Shown here in pieces: positions 9,653 to 19,014 of a DNA stretch of 64,000 nt. The translations under genes and the position numbers were made by a program. The DNA lies in contig CAYFNK010000001.1 in NCBI GenBank assembly GCA_964344555.1, positions 88,684 through 152,683 of the forward strand. The letters run 5' to 3'. Numbering within the stretch: position 1 is the stretch's first letter; each line of letters starts with the position of its first letter. This DNA comes from Candidatus Woesearchaeota archaeon. GTDB taxonomy: Archaea; Nanobdellota; Nanobdellia; SCGC-AAA011-G17; PNOQ01. The notes below the pieces were generated by a model that made no database searches, was not told the DNA's origin, and worked only from the letters and a program-made list of their open reading frames with translations.

Positions 9653-10654
9653 ATGGGTGTTGCAATATCTCAATTAATTCCAAAAAAAGAAATAGATTTT
9701 TCTGATCTCGCAGGTAAAAAAGTAGCAGTAGATACAAGTAATATCCTTTATCAATTTCTAAGTTCAATAAGGCAAATGGACGGTACACTCTTAATGGATA
9801 GAAAAAAAAGAGTAACTTCTCATTTAATGGGGCTTTCTACAAGAATACCTAAATTAATGGAACAAGATATTAAACTATGTTTTGTATTTGACGGAAAACC
9901 CCCTGCAATGAAATTTCAAGAAAGCCAAATGAGGGAAGAAAGAAAATCAATTGCAGAATCAAAATTTAAAGAAGCTATGTCTAAAAGAGATATCAAAAAA
10001 ATGTTGAAATATAGTAAGAGATTTACAAGACTAGATAAAACTATAACTGAAGAATCAAAAAAATTTATTGAGGCTCTAGGACTGCCGGTAATACAAGCGC
10101 CATCTGAAGCAGAAGCACAAGCAGCCTTTATGGCAGAACAAAAAGATGTGTATGGGGTAGTTTCTCAAGATACTGATTCATTACTTTATTCTGCTCCAAG
10201 AGTAATTAGAAATCTTACTGCATCAGCAAAAAGAAAAGTTAAGGGAATTTATATAACAAACAATCCGGAACTAATAGAATTAAAACAGGTTTTAAAAAGT
10301 TTGAAAGTAAATGAAGACCAGTTATTGGCATTATCAATTTTAGTAGGAACGGACTACAATCCCAAGGGAGTAAAGGGAATAGGCCCTAAAACTGCATTAA
10401 AACTTGTTAAAGAGCACAAAAGCTTTGATAAGATTTTTTCTAATGTTGAAGCAGACTTCAACTGGAAACAAGTTTATGCAACTTTCAAGAACATGCCAGT
10501 AATAAGAAAATATAAATTAAAATGGAAAAATCCTAATCAAGCAAAAATATCAAGAATATTATCTTCTCATGATTTTTCTGAAACTAGAATTAATAAATTA
10601 CTAGAAAGATTAAATAGTAAAAAAGAAAAAAGTTTAGATAGATGGTTTAAATAA
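9653..10654 (+). CDS. fen: Flap endonuclease 1
   Basis: The N-terminus 'MGVAISQLIPKKEIDFSDLAGKKVAVDTSNILYQFLSSIR' matches FEN1. Also present are the I-domain 'SEAEAQAA', 'SQDTDSLLY' and the H3TH 'LVGTDYNPKGVKGIGPKTA'. Confidence 0.95.
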   Translation: MGVAISQLIPKKEIDFSDLAGKKVAVDTSNILYQFLSSIRQMDGTLLMDRKKRVTSHLMGLSTRIPKLMEQDIKLCFVFDGKPPAMKFQESQMREERKSIAESKFKEAMSKRDIKKMLKYSKRFTRLDKTITEESKKFIEALGLPVIQAPSEAEAQAAFMAEQKDVYGVVSQDTDSLLYSAPRVIRNLTASAKRKVKGIYITNNPELIELKQVLKSLKVNEDQLLALSILVGTDYNPKGVKGIGPKTALKLVKEHKSFDKIFSNVEADFNWKQVYATFKNMPVIRKYKLKWKNPNQAKISRILSSHDFSETRINKLLERLNSKKEKSLDRWFK

Positions 10655-11446
10655 TTATTGTTCTTCAGCTGTACGGCTTTCCCACTCTTTTAATTCTAAA
10701 TTTCTTTCTTTTGCTCTTTTTTCAATATCCATCTCTGCCGTTTCTTCTTTGCTCTCTAAACCAGACTTAAATAACCACTTTCTAATAGGTTTATTAGCAA
10801 TTACCATTATTACTGCCAACAGAGTTAAGCCCATATGAACTGCCATTAGGCTATTTGGAACGTTCCATTCCTCTGGTCCACCTGCAACCCAAAACATAAT
10901 TGCTTTGTATATCATCCAAACTGCATAGGCTATCCATGTAAAATATTGATAGAATACTGCAGAACCACCCTTACTTACAGAGCTGTACATAAATGCAAAC
11001 AATATAACAAAAGGTACTATTGTACCAAGAGTCAATCCCAATGCACTATAGGAAGCTAAAAGAACATATAATTCATCTGGTGCAAGATATGCTACTGAAA
11101 GGAAAGCAACTAAAATTGAAAAAACAGTTCTTATTCCTTTCGTTCTTAAAAATGGAATAAAAACTGAAACAGAAAAGATAATTACAAAAATAAGTAGTGT
11201 AAACAAGTATTTAGCAACGTTTTTACTTAAGTCCCCCGTAGTCCAGCCAGTAAACATATCGTTTAGGGGATCCCAGGCATTTCCATATTGAGCTACTGGA
11301 GAACTCCATCCTTCTTCTCTAGAATTTAAAGGAGAATAGGACCTGTATTCCTGTGCACTAACAAATCCCGGAACCAAAAATAAACTAATCAAAAACAAAG
11401 ATAAAATCAAACTTTCCTTATTTTTCATATCAAAAACCTCTTTCAT
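10655..11446 (-). CDS. Hypothetical membrane protein with N-terminal signal peptide
   Basis: It has a signal-like 'LILSLFLISLFLVPGFVSAQE', about 5 further hydrophobic helices and a charged C-terminal tail ('EKRAKERNLELKEWESR'). I recognise no family. Confidence 0.6.
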   Translation of the reverse strand: MKEVFDMKNKESLILSLFLISLFLVPGFVSAQEYRSYSPLNSREEGWSSPVAQYGNAWDPLNDMFTGWTTGDLSKNVAKYLFTLLIFVIIFSVSVFIPFLRTKGIRTVFSILVAFLSVAYLAPDELYVLLASYSALGLTLGTIVPFVILFAFMYSSVSKGGSAVFYQYFTWIAYAVWMIYKAIMFWVAGGPEEWNVPNSLMAVHMGLTLLAVIMVIANKPIRKWLFKSGLESKEETAEMDIEKRAKERNLELKEWESRTAEEQ

Positions 11447-11551
11447 ATTTAATAAACAGAAATTGACTATGTTATATATAAATATTTTGTTTCTTAAGAT
11501 ATAGTAGATAAAATCAAAGAATTTAAAATATTATAATAAAAATTACATGAC

Positions 11552-12325
11552 ATGAGATTAACAAAAGAAGAAAGAGAATTGATTCCAAGATCTTATGAAC
11601 AAGTAGGAGATATGATAATTTTTTCAGATTTCCCAAAAAAACTAAAGAAAAAAGAAAAACAAATAGGGCAAAAATTCCTTAAAAAGAATAAACAAGCAAA
11701 AATTATAGCTAAAAAAACTGAAAATTTTTCTGGAAGACATAGGTTGCCAAAATTAAAGATATTGGCAGGAGAAAATAGAAAAGAAACAATACACAAAGAA
11801 AACGGAATAAAAATAAAAATAAATCCAGAAAAAGCATATTTTTCATCAAAAACAAGTTCGGAAAGATTAAGGATAGCTAAATTAGTAAAAAAAGGAGAAA
11901 GTGTTTTAGTTATGTTTTCTGGAGTTGCACCTTTTAATTTAACAATAGCGAAACACTCTATGGCAAAAGAAATTTACGGAATTGAAGTAAATCTAGAAGC
12001 ACATAAATACGCTAAAGAAAATGTAATTCTTAACAAATTCAAGAATATATTTCTCTACAAAGGAAATATAAAAATAGTTTTACCAAAATTAAATAAAAAA
12101 TTTGATAGAATTATGATGCCTGCTCCAAAAAATGCAAAAAATTATCTAGACTTAGCAAAACAACATCTCAAAAAAAATGGAACAATCCATTTCTATACTT
12201 TTGAAAAAGAGAAAAATTTCCAAAAACTAAAAGAAAAATTCAAAAGTTTCAAGAAAGTAAGACTAATCAAGACAGGCCAAACTTCTCCAAGAGTTTATCG
12301 AGTCTGCCTAGATTTAAAGTCCTAA
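11552..12325 (+). CDS. trm5: Trm5/Taw2-type SAM-dependent tRNA methyltransferase (Met-10+ like)
   Basis: It carries the class I MTase motif 'GESVLVMFSGVAPFNLTIAK', a 'RIMMPAP' (NPPY-like) region and the N-terminal 'SYEQVGDMIIF' typical of Trm5 D2. Confidence 0.7.
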   Translation: MRLTKEERELIPRSYEQVGDMIIFSDFPKKLKKKEKQIGQKFLKKNKQAKIIAKKTENFSGRHRLPKLKILAGENRKETIHKENGIKIKINPEKAYFSSKTSSERLRIAKLVKKGESVLVMFSGVAPFNLTIAKHSMAKEIYGIEVNLEAHKYAKENVILNKFKNIFLYKGNIKIVLPKLNKKFDRIMMPAPKNAKNYLDLAKQHLKKNGTIHFYTFEKEKNFQKLKEKFKSFKKVRLIKTGQTSPRVYRVCLDLKS

Positions 12326-13654
12326 ATCCAATAGCCCCCTTCTTTTAGGTTTGTATGCAGTGGGTGCTTCCCCTCCGTGCCAAGTGAACCTGGGCCTTAC
12401 CTTCATCGGATAAATTCTTTCGGAATTATCATCCAAAATAATAGCAGAACCTTTCGCTCTAGGTAAATTATTTAGATATTTGTGGATATCTGCAAGAAGA
12501 TAGGTTTGCATAATGTCATTCAGGGCAGTTATATCTTTTCTGGCAGTAACTCTATGGCTAATTACTATATCTGATTGAGTCATAACATCTCTATGGATCT
12601 CACCAGGTTGCTGAGTAGCCAAGATCATTGAAATTCCCGGCTGTCTTCCTTCCCTAAGTAACTGGATTAAAGAATCACTAGCAGCAGTTTTTCCTTCCCT
12701 AGGTAAGAATTCATGAGCCTCATCTATCATTAACCAAACTAACGGCATTTCTTCCTTTGTCCTTTTTTCTGTATTCAATCCTAAAAAACTAGTTCCAGTT
12801 TCAATATTTTTCAATTCTTCAATCTTTCTAGCAGTCATCCTTTCTAACAATAATTTTTTACTAATTAATCCTGTAACCAGAGACTTTATACTCCAAGATC
12901 CGGCAACATGAGTATAACAACTTGTATCAATAATACTAACTCTCCCTCTTTTTACAATATCTTTAATTTCAGTTCCACTTTTTCTAAATAATCCCCATCC
13001 TTCTGCAGCAGAAAATAAATTAATTACTGCATTCTTAATCTCTTTTTCAGTAGTTTTATCCCTCTCAATCTCTTTAATTATATCTTTTATATCATAACTT
13101 AACTTTCTTTCTTTCAAATTAGAAACAATCTTTTCGATTAAAATTCCCAAAGGATTCATCAAATCTAGATTGAAAACATTTGCCCAATCTCCAGAATCTA
13201 ATTCAGAAGTTTTAATAGAAAAAGGATAGTCTGCCAAAATTCCTTTTGATTTATACTCTTCAAAGAAACCTTGAGGAATATAGACATCAATAGTCTTTAA
13301 CCTCTTAGAAGACATATCCCATTCCTCCAACAAATTTTCTTCTTTTTCATTAGGGTATTTCATTGTCCAAAAAACGCCCATAGTATCAAACATAATAATA
13401 CTCAGATTCTGAGAAACTTCCTTGGGCAAATTAGACATTTCTTCCGCCACAACACCTAAGGTGTAAGATTTACCAGATCCTCTCTTGCCAGAAACTAGCA
13501 CAACGTGAGCCCTAGCAACATCTAATAAGACATTACTACTAAGGGAAGTAACCTGTCCCATCTTCACGTAATGCCTACCTAAAAAGACGGCAGCCTTATT
13601 ACCCATCAATTCCCTATCTTTTTCAGTTCTACCAAGAATAATCTTATGTTGCAC
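12314..13654 (-). CDS. HerA/DUF87-type P-loop ATPase (COG0433-like)
   Basis: Walker A 'VSGKRGSGKSYTLG' and Walker B 'WLMIDEAHEFLP' are present, with a C-terminal 'RPRFTWHGGE'. The maximal ORF (to 13768) would overlap the divergent gene at 13735. I prefer GTG 13652-13654 (ATG 13606 is the alternative). Confidence 0.75.
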   Translation of the reverse strand: MQHKIILGRTEKDRELMGNKAAVFLGRHYVKMGQVTSLSSNVLLDVARAHVVLVSGKRGSGKSYTLGVVAEEMSNLPKEVSQNLSIIMFDTMGVFWTMKYPNEKEENLLEEWDMSSKRLKTIDVYIPQGFFEEYKSKGILADYPFSIKTSELDSGDWANVFNLDLMNPLGILIEKIVSNLKERKLSYDIKDIIKEIERDKTTEKEIKNAVINLFSAAEGWGLFRKSGTEIKDIVKRGRVSIIDTSCYTHVAGSWSIKSLVTGLISKKLLLERMTARKIEELKNIETGTSFLGLNTEKRTKEEMPLVWLMIDEAHEFLPREGKTAASDSLIQLLREGRQPGISMILATQQPGEIHRDVMTQSDIVISHRVTARKDITALNDIMQTYLLADIHKYLNNLPRAKGSAIILDDNSERIYPMKVRPRFTWHGGEAPTAYKPKRRGLLDLGL

Positions 13655-13734
13655 TTTAGAATAAATTTGGTTTATTTGTTTATATAAGTATTGTATGACA
13701 AAGTTTAAATAATAAATTAAAAAACATATCTTAA

Positions 13735-14100
13735 ATGAAATCTCTAAAAAAGTACTGGTGGGTAGCATTAATAATTATTCTTGCGTTTATAGGACTAAGA
13801 AATACAAATGATTCTTCAGGAGATTATGCTTCTTTTGCAACATGTTTAACAGAGAGTGGGGCTAAAATGTACGGGGCATTTTGGTGCGGACATTGCGAAG
13901 ATCAAAAGAAGGATTTTGGAGATAGCTGGCAATATATAAATTATATCGAATGCTCTTTACCAAATGGCCAAGAACAAACTGAAATTTGTAGTAACGAAGG
14001 AATAACTGGATACCCTACTTGGGAATTTGGAGAAGGAACAAGGCTTTCTGGAAGACTTTCTGTTGAGCAATTAAGCCAAAATAGCGGATGCGAATTATAA
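13735..14100 (+). CDS. Membrane-anchored thioredoxin-like protein (VKOR-partner type)
   Basis: It has the N-terminal anchor 'YWWVALIIILAFIGL'. 'MYGAFWCGHCEDQKKDFG...YIECS...C...GITGYPTWEF' closely resembles the Trx-like domain fused to cyanobacterial VKOR. Confidence 0.75.
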   Translation: MKSLKKYWWVALIIILAFIGLRNTNDSSGDYASFATCLTESGAKMYGAFWCGHCEDQKKDFGDSWQYINYIECSLPNGQEQTEICSNEGITGYPTWEFGEGTRLSGRLSVEQLSQNSGCEL

Positions 14101-14118
14101 TTAAATTAAGGGGAGAAA

Positions 14119-14697
14119 ATGGAGAACGAAAATAAAATAACTATTGGAGAAAAAGCACCAAACTTTGAAGGAGATGCATTCCAAAATAATGATACTAAAA
14201 ATATCAAATTAGAAGATTATAATGGAAAATGGGTAATATTAGTATTTTACCCTGCAGATTTTACATTTATTTGCCCTACTGAACTAGGAGATCTTGCAGA
14301 TAAATATGAAGAGTTTCAAAAGATTGATACGGAGATTATAAGTGTAAGCACAGACACTACTTTTGTACACAAAGCATGGCACGACAACTCTAAAACCATA
14401 TCGAAGATCAAATTTCCAATGTTAGCAGATCCAACAGGGAAAATTTGCAGAGATTATGGCACATATATTCAAGACGAAGGGTTGTCTTTAAGAGGCACAT
14501 TCATAATTGATCCAGAGGGAAAACTTAAGGCATATGAATTACACGATAACAGCATAGGGAGAAGTAGCGAAGAACTACTTAGAAAACTACAAGCAGCACA
14601 ATATATACGGGAAAATGTGGATCAAGTATGTCCGGCTAATTGGTCGCCAGGAAAAGATACATTAAAGCCAGGATTAGATTTAGTAGGAAAAATATAA
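14119..14697 (+). CDS. Peroxiredoxin (typical 2-Cys, AhpC/Prx1 type)
   Basis: The peroxidatic Cys motif is 'FYPADFTFICPTE' and the resolving Cys sits in 'QVCPANW'. An SD-like AGGGGAG lies at 14109-14115. Confidence 0.9.
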   Translation: MENENKITIGEKAPNFEGDAFQNNDTKNIKLEDYNGKWVILVFYPADFTFICPTELGDLADKYEEFQKIDTEIISVSTDTTFVHKAWHDNSKTISKIKFPMLADPTGKICRDYGTYIQDEGLSLRGTFIIDPEGKLKAYELHDNSIGRSSEELLRKLQAAQYIRENVDQVCPANWSPGKDTLKPGLDLVGKI

Positions 14698-14707
14698 GGA
14701 GAATAAG

Positions 14708-14944
14708 ATGGTGAAAGTAAAAATTTATACAACGAGTACATGTCCTTATTGCGATTTAGCAAAAAATTATTTTAAAGAAAATAAAATAGAGTATACTGAG
14801 ATAAATGTTGAATCAGACGAAAAAGCCGCTAAAGAGATGGTAGAAAAATCTGAACAAATGGGAGTTCCAGTAATAGATATAAATGGAAAAATAATTGTTG
14901 GATTTAATAAAGAAGCCATAGAAGAATTAATAAAAAAAGAATAA
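14708..14944 (+). CDS. Glutaredoxin/NrdH-like small redoxin
   Basis: This 78-aa protein has the 'CPYC' active site near the N-terminus and 'GVPVIDINGK'. An AAGGAG SD lies upstream. Confidence 0.8.
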   Translation: MVKVKIYTTSTCPYCDLAKNYFKENKIEYTEINVESDEKAAKEMVEKSEQMGVPVIDINGKIIVGFNKEAIEELIKKE

Positions 14945-14945
14945 G

Positions 14946-15863
14946 ATGCATGATGTTATAATTATTGGAGGAGGTATAGCTGCGCATACAGCGGCGATAT
15001 ATAACTCCAGGGCCAATTTAGACGTTTTGGTTATTTCTGCGGACACACCTTTAGATCAATTGACTATGACAAATTTGGTAGAAAATTATCCTGGATTTTC
15101 TAAAGGCATAATGGGCCCTGGGCTAATTGTAGAATGTAAAAAACAAGCTCAAAGATTCGGAGCAAAATATAAATCTGGTTTTGTAAAATCAATTAAAAAA
15201 GTTAATAAAAACTTTCAAGTTTCGACAGGAGAAAAAGAATATTCTTCTAGAGCCGTAATAATATCTACAGGAGCATCTCCAAGAAAATTGAAAATTCCCG
15301 GAGAAGATAAATATTTTGGTAAAGGAGTATCAACTTGCGCAACTTGTGATGCAGCACTATTCAAAGATAAGTCGGCAGTAGTAATAGGGGGAGGAGATAG
15401 TGCGATGGAATATGCGTTAATATTGACTAAATTTACAGATAAAGTAACAATAGTTCATAGAAGAAAAGAGCTTAGGGCAAGTAAGATTATGCAAGATAGA
15501 GTTGTAAAATTAAAGAATAAAATAAATATAGTGTGGGATAGCGTAGCAACTGAAATTCTAGGAGACGGGAATTTTGTAAAAGGAATCAAGGTAAAAAATG
15601 TGAAAACAAACAAAGAAACAAAAATAAATTGCGAGGGTATGTTTTTAGCAATAGGACACACACCAAATACAGAGCCCTTTAAGAGTATAGTAAAACTAGA
15701 CAAGTTAGGATATATTAAGGCAGATCCCTCAATGAACACTAATGTAAAGGGAATATTTGTTGCTGGAGATTGTCAAGATACAAAATATTGGCAGGCTGTT
15801 ACTGCAGCTGGAACAGGATGCATAGCGGCCCTTGAAGCAGAAAGATATATATCAAATTTTTAA
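14946..15863 (+). CDS. trxB: Thioredoxin-disulfide reductase
   Basis: Motifs are FAD 'IIIGGGIAAHTAA', the redox 'CATCD', NAD(P) 'VIGGGDSAMEYA' and 'GIFVAGDC'. Confidence 0.9.
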   Translation: MHDVIIIGGGIAAHTAAIYNSRANLDVLVISADTPLDQLTMTNLVENYPGFSKGIMGPGLIVECKKQAQRFGAKYKSGFVKSIKKVNKNFQVSTGEKEYSSRAVIISTGASPRKLKIPGEDKYFGKGVSTCATCDAALFKDKSAVVIGGGDSAMEYALILTKFTDKVTIVHRRKELRASKIMQDRVVKLKNKINIVWDSVATEILGDGNFVKGIKVKNVKTNKETKINCEGMFLAIGHTPNTEPFKSIVKLDKLGYIKADPSMNTNVKGIFVAGDCQDTKYWQAVTAAGTGCIAALEAERYISNF

Positions 15864-15910
15864 TATAAACATAAAGTTTTATATATAACTTGATATTAAT
15901 TCTCAAAATT

Positions 15911-16756
15911 ATGTTATTAAATCAAATAAAAACATTTTCTGTACTAGCAATTCTCACTATGCTTGTTTTAATGGCGGGTTTTGCGCTAGGGGGAGAAATA
16001 GGATTGACGATTGCACTATTACTTACAATTTTGGTTAACGTTATATCTTATTGGTATTCTGACACCATTGTTCTAAAAATGTACAAAGCTAAACCAGCAA
16101 GTTATTCTGAGTATGAAAATCTAAATAATATGGTTAAAGAGATCTCAGAAAGAGCAAAAATAAAGAAACCAAAAGCATACATAGTCACATCACAAGTTCC
16201 AAATGCATTTGCTACTGGAAGATCACAAGAAAAGGCAGTAGTTGCTGTAACAACTGGCTTACTAGAAAATTTAGATGAGAGAGAATTAAAAGGAGTTATA
16301 GCTCATGAAATTTCTCACATTAAAAATAAAGATACACTAATATCCACAATAGCAGTGGTTCTTGCAGGAGCAATAACCTATGTGGCGATGATGGCAAGAT
16401 GGGCAATGATTTTTGGAAGAAGCGAAGACAACTCTGGAAGCATGTACGAGGTTCTTGCACTTTCAATAGTTGCACCAATAGTTGCAACAATCTTAAGATT
16501 ATCAATCTCAAGGTCTAGAGAATTTTTAGCAGATGAATCTGGTGCAAGAATAGTAAAAGATCCAATGGCCCTCGCATCTGCACTTCAAAAGATAGAAGAA
16601 TATCCCCATAAATTTAAAGAAGGAAATCAAGCTGCGGCAAGCTTGTTTATAATTAATCCTTTTTCTTCAAAATACTTTTTCAAATTATTTAGTACACATC
16701 CTCCAACGCATGAAAGAGTAAAAAAATTAAGAAAAATTAGTATGTCAGGACAATAA
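15911..16756 (+). CDS. htpX: HtpX-type M48 zinc metalloprotease
   Basis: 'HEISHIKNKD' is the HExxH motif and 'EFLADESGA' supplies the third ligand Glu. There are four TM segments. The track start at 15890 is TTG; ATG 15911 follows an ATATATAA box. Confidence 0.9.
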   Translation: MLLNQIKTFSVLAILTMLVLMAGFALGGEIGLTIALLLTILVNVISYWYSDTIVLKMYKAKPASYSEYENLNNMVKEISERAKIKKPKAYIVTSQVPNAFATGRSQEKAVVAVTTGLLENLDERELKGVIAHEISHIKNKDTLISTIAVVLAGAITYVAMMARWAMIFGRSEDNSGSMYEVLALSIVAPIVATILRLSISRSREFLADESGARIVKDPMALASALQKIEEYPHKFKEGNQAAASLFIINPFSSKYFFKLFSTHPPTHERVKKLRKISMSGQ

Positions 16757-17921
16757 GATCTTGTTCATCAATCTCTAGCATTTTAATATACTCTTCATTT
16801 TTTGAAATATTTTTCAAGAAAGGAATAATATGTTTTTTTGCTTTCCTAGAAGACAAATGACAATACTCAGATAATCTCTCAGAGATATTAGCTTTTTTTG
16901 AATATTTCATTTTATTTTTCCACATTTTCAAAATTCTTTGAGGATTAGAATATTTTGTGAATCCTTTTTTTCCGGAACGTTTAGATAGTGCTACGCCGGC
17001 CCCCATGAGAATTTTTCGATAAATAAGAAATCTCCAGTGTTGTCTTTTTCTTATTCTTCCATTGAACACATCGGACCTAGATAATTTTTCAAAAGAAACG
17101 TTTAATTCGGAAGGATTATAGTCTTTTGGTAAATTTTCTTCGATCCACAAAAGAATTTCATCTAGATTTAGATCAACATTATCAATATATGTGTTTATTG
17201 AATTAACATCTTTTGATCTAAAAATTAGTTGTAAAAGATTAAAAATAGATTCTTCTTTTTCTCTATAGCCTATAGATTCTAAAGTATTTTCATCTATATC
17301 ATCGAAAGAGACAGATTGTAAGTCATTTATCGCAGATCTTAAATCTCCTTCATTTTTTACAGCAATTTTTTTTAGAAATTTATTGTTTATTTCTATCATT
17401 TCATGTTTACAAATTCTTTCAAGAAAACCAAATATTTCGATATAACTAAGAGGTTTAAACTCCACTAACAGGGACTTTATTCTTAATTTTGAGAATTTAC
17501 TTTCCCAGGGGTTGTTAGATGTCAAGATTATTGGAAAAGAGGATTTCTCCAATAAAGAAATAATGGCCTGTGTAGCCCCCCTATCTTTCCTACCACTAAT
17601 ACCATCCATCTCATCAATAAGAACTATTCTCCCCTTGCTAACGAGGCTATGTTGACCTATAGAATCTCCAAGTACTTTTTCTATCTCTTTCTTATTTCTA
17701 AAATCAGAAGAATTCAACTCTAGAATATCTAAATTATTTTCTTTGGCAATTGCATAAACTGAAGAAGTTTTACCAGTTCCAGGAGGGCCATAAATAATCA
17801 TAGATTTCTTTCTATGTTTTGAATAATTTAGAACAAAATCTTGTAATTTTAACAAAGGAGGTCTATCTCCCACAACTTCCCTTAAATTTTTAGGGGAATA
17901 TTTTTCTGTCCAAAGCTTCAT
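16737..17921 (-). CDS. rfcL: Replication factor C large subunit
   Basis: 'LWTEKYSPKNLREVVG' and Walker A '[10 protein letters not shown]' are present, with Walker B 'VLIDEMDG'. It sits immediately downstream of rfcS with a 4-nt overlap. Confidence 0.85.
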   Translation of the reverse strand: MKLWTEKYSPKNLREVVGDRPPLLKLQDFVLNYSKHRKKSMIIYGPPGTGKTSSVYAIAKENNLDILELNSSDFRNKKEIEKVLGDSIGQHSLVSKGRIVLIDEMDGISGRKDRGATQAIISLLEKSSFPIILTSNNPWESKFSKLRIKSLLVEFKPLSYIEIFGFLERICKHEMIEINNKFLKKIAVKNEGDLRSAINDLQSVSFDDIDENTLESIGYREKEESIFNLLQLIFRSKDVNSINTYIDNVDLNLDEILLWIEENLPKDYNPSELNVSFEKLSRSDVFNGRIRKRQHWRFLIYRKILMGAGVALSKRSGKKGFTKYSNPQRILKMWKNKMKYSKKANISERLSEYCHLSSRKAKKHIIPFLKNISKNEEYIKMLEIDEQDLIVLTY

Positions 17922-18859
17922 TTTGAAAAACTAGCCAACAAACTTTCTAATTGAATAAATTCATCAGAACCTTCCACCATTCTAAACTCTATCTCTCCAC
18001 ATTTCTCGATCATATCTAATTTTTTTATATCTTCTACTTCAAGATTCAGAATCTCTTTTTGAATTTGTTTTATTATATCTATTCCAGAAAGACCATGTTT
18101 TGCCATAGTATCTAATAAAAGATCTCTAGCTTCAACAAAATTTCCAGAATTGCCCATTTCTAATATTTTTTTTACTTCCTTTGGCTCTGCAGAAGAAACA
18201 ATGTCATAAATCAAAGAGCTGTTTATATCCTTACTTATAGCTGCACAACTTTGCAAAATATTTTCTGCCTTTCTAGCATCTCCCCCACACAAATCATAAA
18301 TTGCAGAGATTGAATCTGTGTCTAAGTTTACTCTTTCTTTTTCAGAAATATTTCTAATTATTTCCTCTATATTCTCTTTTTTCAAGGGTTTAAATCTAAA
18401 GACCGTACACCTAGATTGAATAGGGTCAAGAATTTTACTAGAATAATTACAACTAAGGATAAATCTACAAGTACTAGAATAAGTCTCCATGGTTCTTCTT
18501 AAGGCCTGTTGTGCTTCTTTAGTTAAAGAATCACATTCATCTAAATAAATAACTTTGAAAGGGACATCTTTTATAGATTTAGTTCTTGCAAACTCTTTCA
18601 CTTTATTCCTTATAACATCTATTCCCCTTTCATCACTTGCATTAAGTTCTAAGAAATTATTTTGCCAATTTTCTCCAAATAATCTTCTAGCAATAACCAA
18701 AGATAAAGTAGTTTTTCCAACGCCTGCAGGTCCAGCAAACATGAGGTGGGGCAGGTTCATATTTTCAACAAATGCCCTAATCCTAGGAATTATAGTTTCT
18801 TGCCCTTTTATTTCTGAAAATTCCTTTGGCCTATATTTTTCTGTCCAGATTATAATCAC
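17918..18859 (-). CDS. rfcS: Replication factor C small subunit
   Basis: Motifs are 'WTEKYRPKEF', 'FAGPAGVGKTT', 'YLDECDSLT' and the SRC motif 'IQSRCTVFRF'. The ORF opens with GTG and there is no in-frame ATG near the N-terminus. Confidence 0.95.
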   Translation of the reverse strand: MIIIWTEKYRPKEFSEIKGQETIIPRIRAFVENMNLPHLMFAGPAGVGKTTLSLVIARRLFGENWQNNFLELNASDERGIDVIRNKVKEFARTKSIKDVPFKVIYLDECDSLTKEAQQALRRTMETYSSTCRFILSCNYSSKILDPIQSRCTVFRFKPLKKENIEEIIRNISEKERVNLDTDSISAIYDLCGGDARKAENILQSCAAISKDINSSLIYDIVSSAEPKEVKKILEMGNSGNFVEARDLLLDTMAKHGLSGIDIIKQIQKEILNLEVEDIKKLDMIEKCGEIEFRMVEGSDEFIQLESLLASFSK

Positions 18860-19014
18860 CAGAAATCAAGAATCACTAAATATTTATAAAAATTTGGTAG
18901 CTATTTGACAACAATAATCCAAAACCTATATAAATCGTATTCTAGTCAAGATAGTTATGAAAAAGTCTAAAATAGGCATTAATTCTATTATTATTTAGAC
19001 TTGTCTCTGATGAA

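Noticed and set aside
18963-19002. A 9-bp perfect inverted repeat (AAGTCTAAA...TTTAGACTT, 22-nt loop) lies just upstream of ileS, followed by a CUGAUGA string. It could be a leader structure or a C/D-box sRNA.
   Set aside because: The stem is AT-rich and short enough to occur by chance in 64 kb of AT-rich DNA. No matching D/C'/D' boxes or terminal stem are present, and T-box-type leaders are not known in archaea. Kept only as a note.
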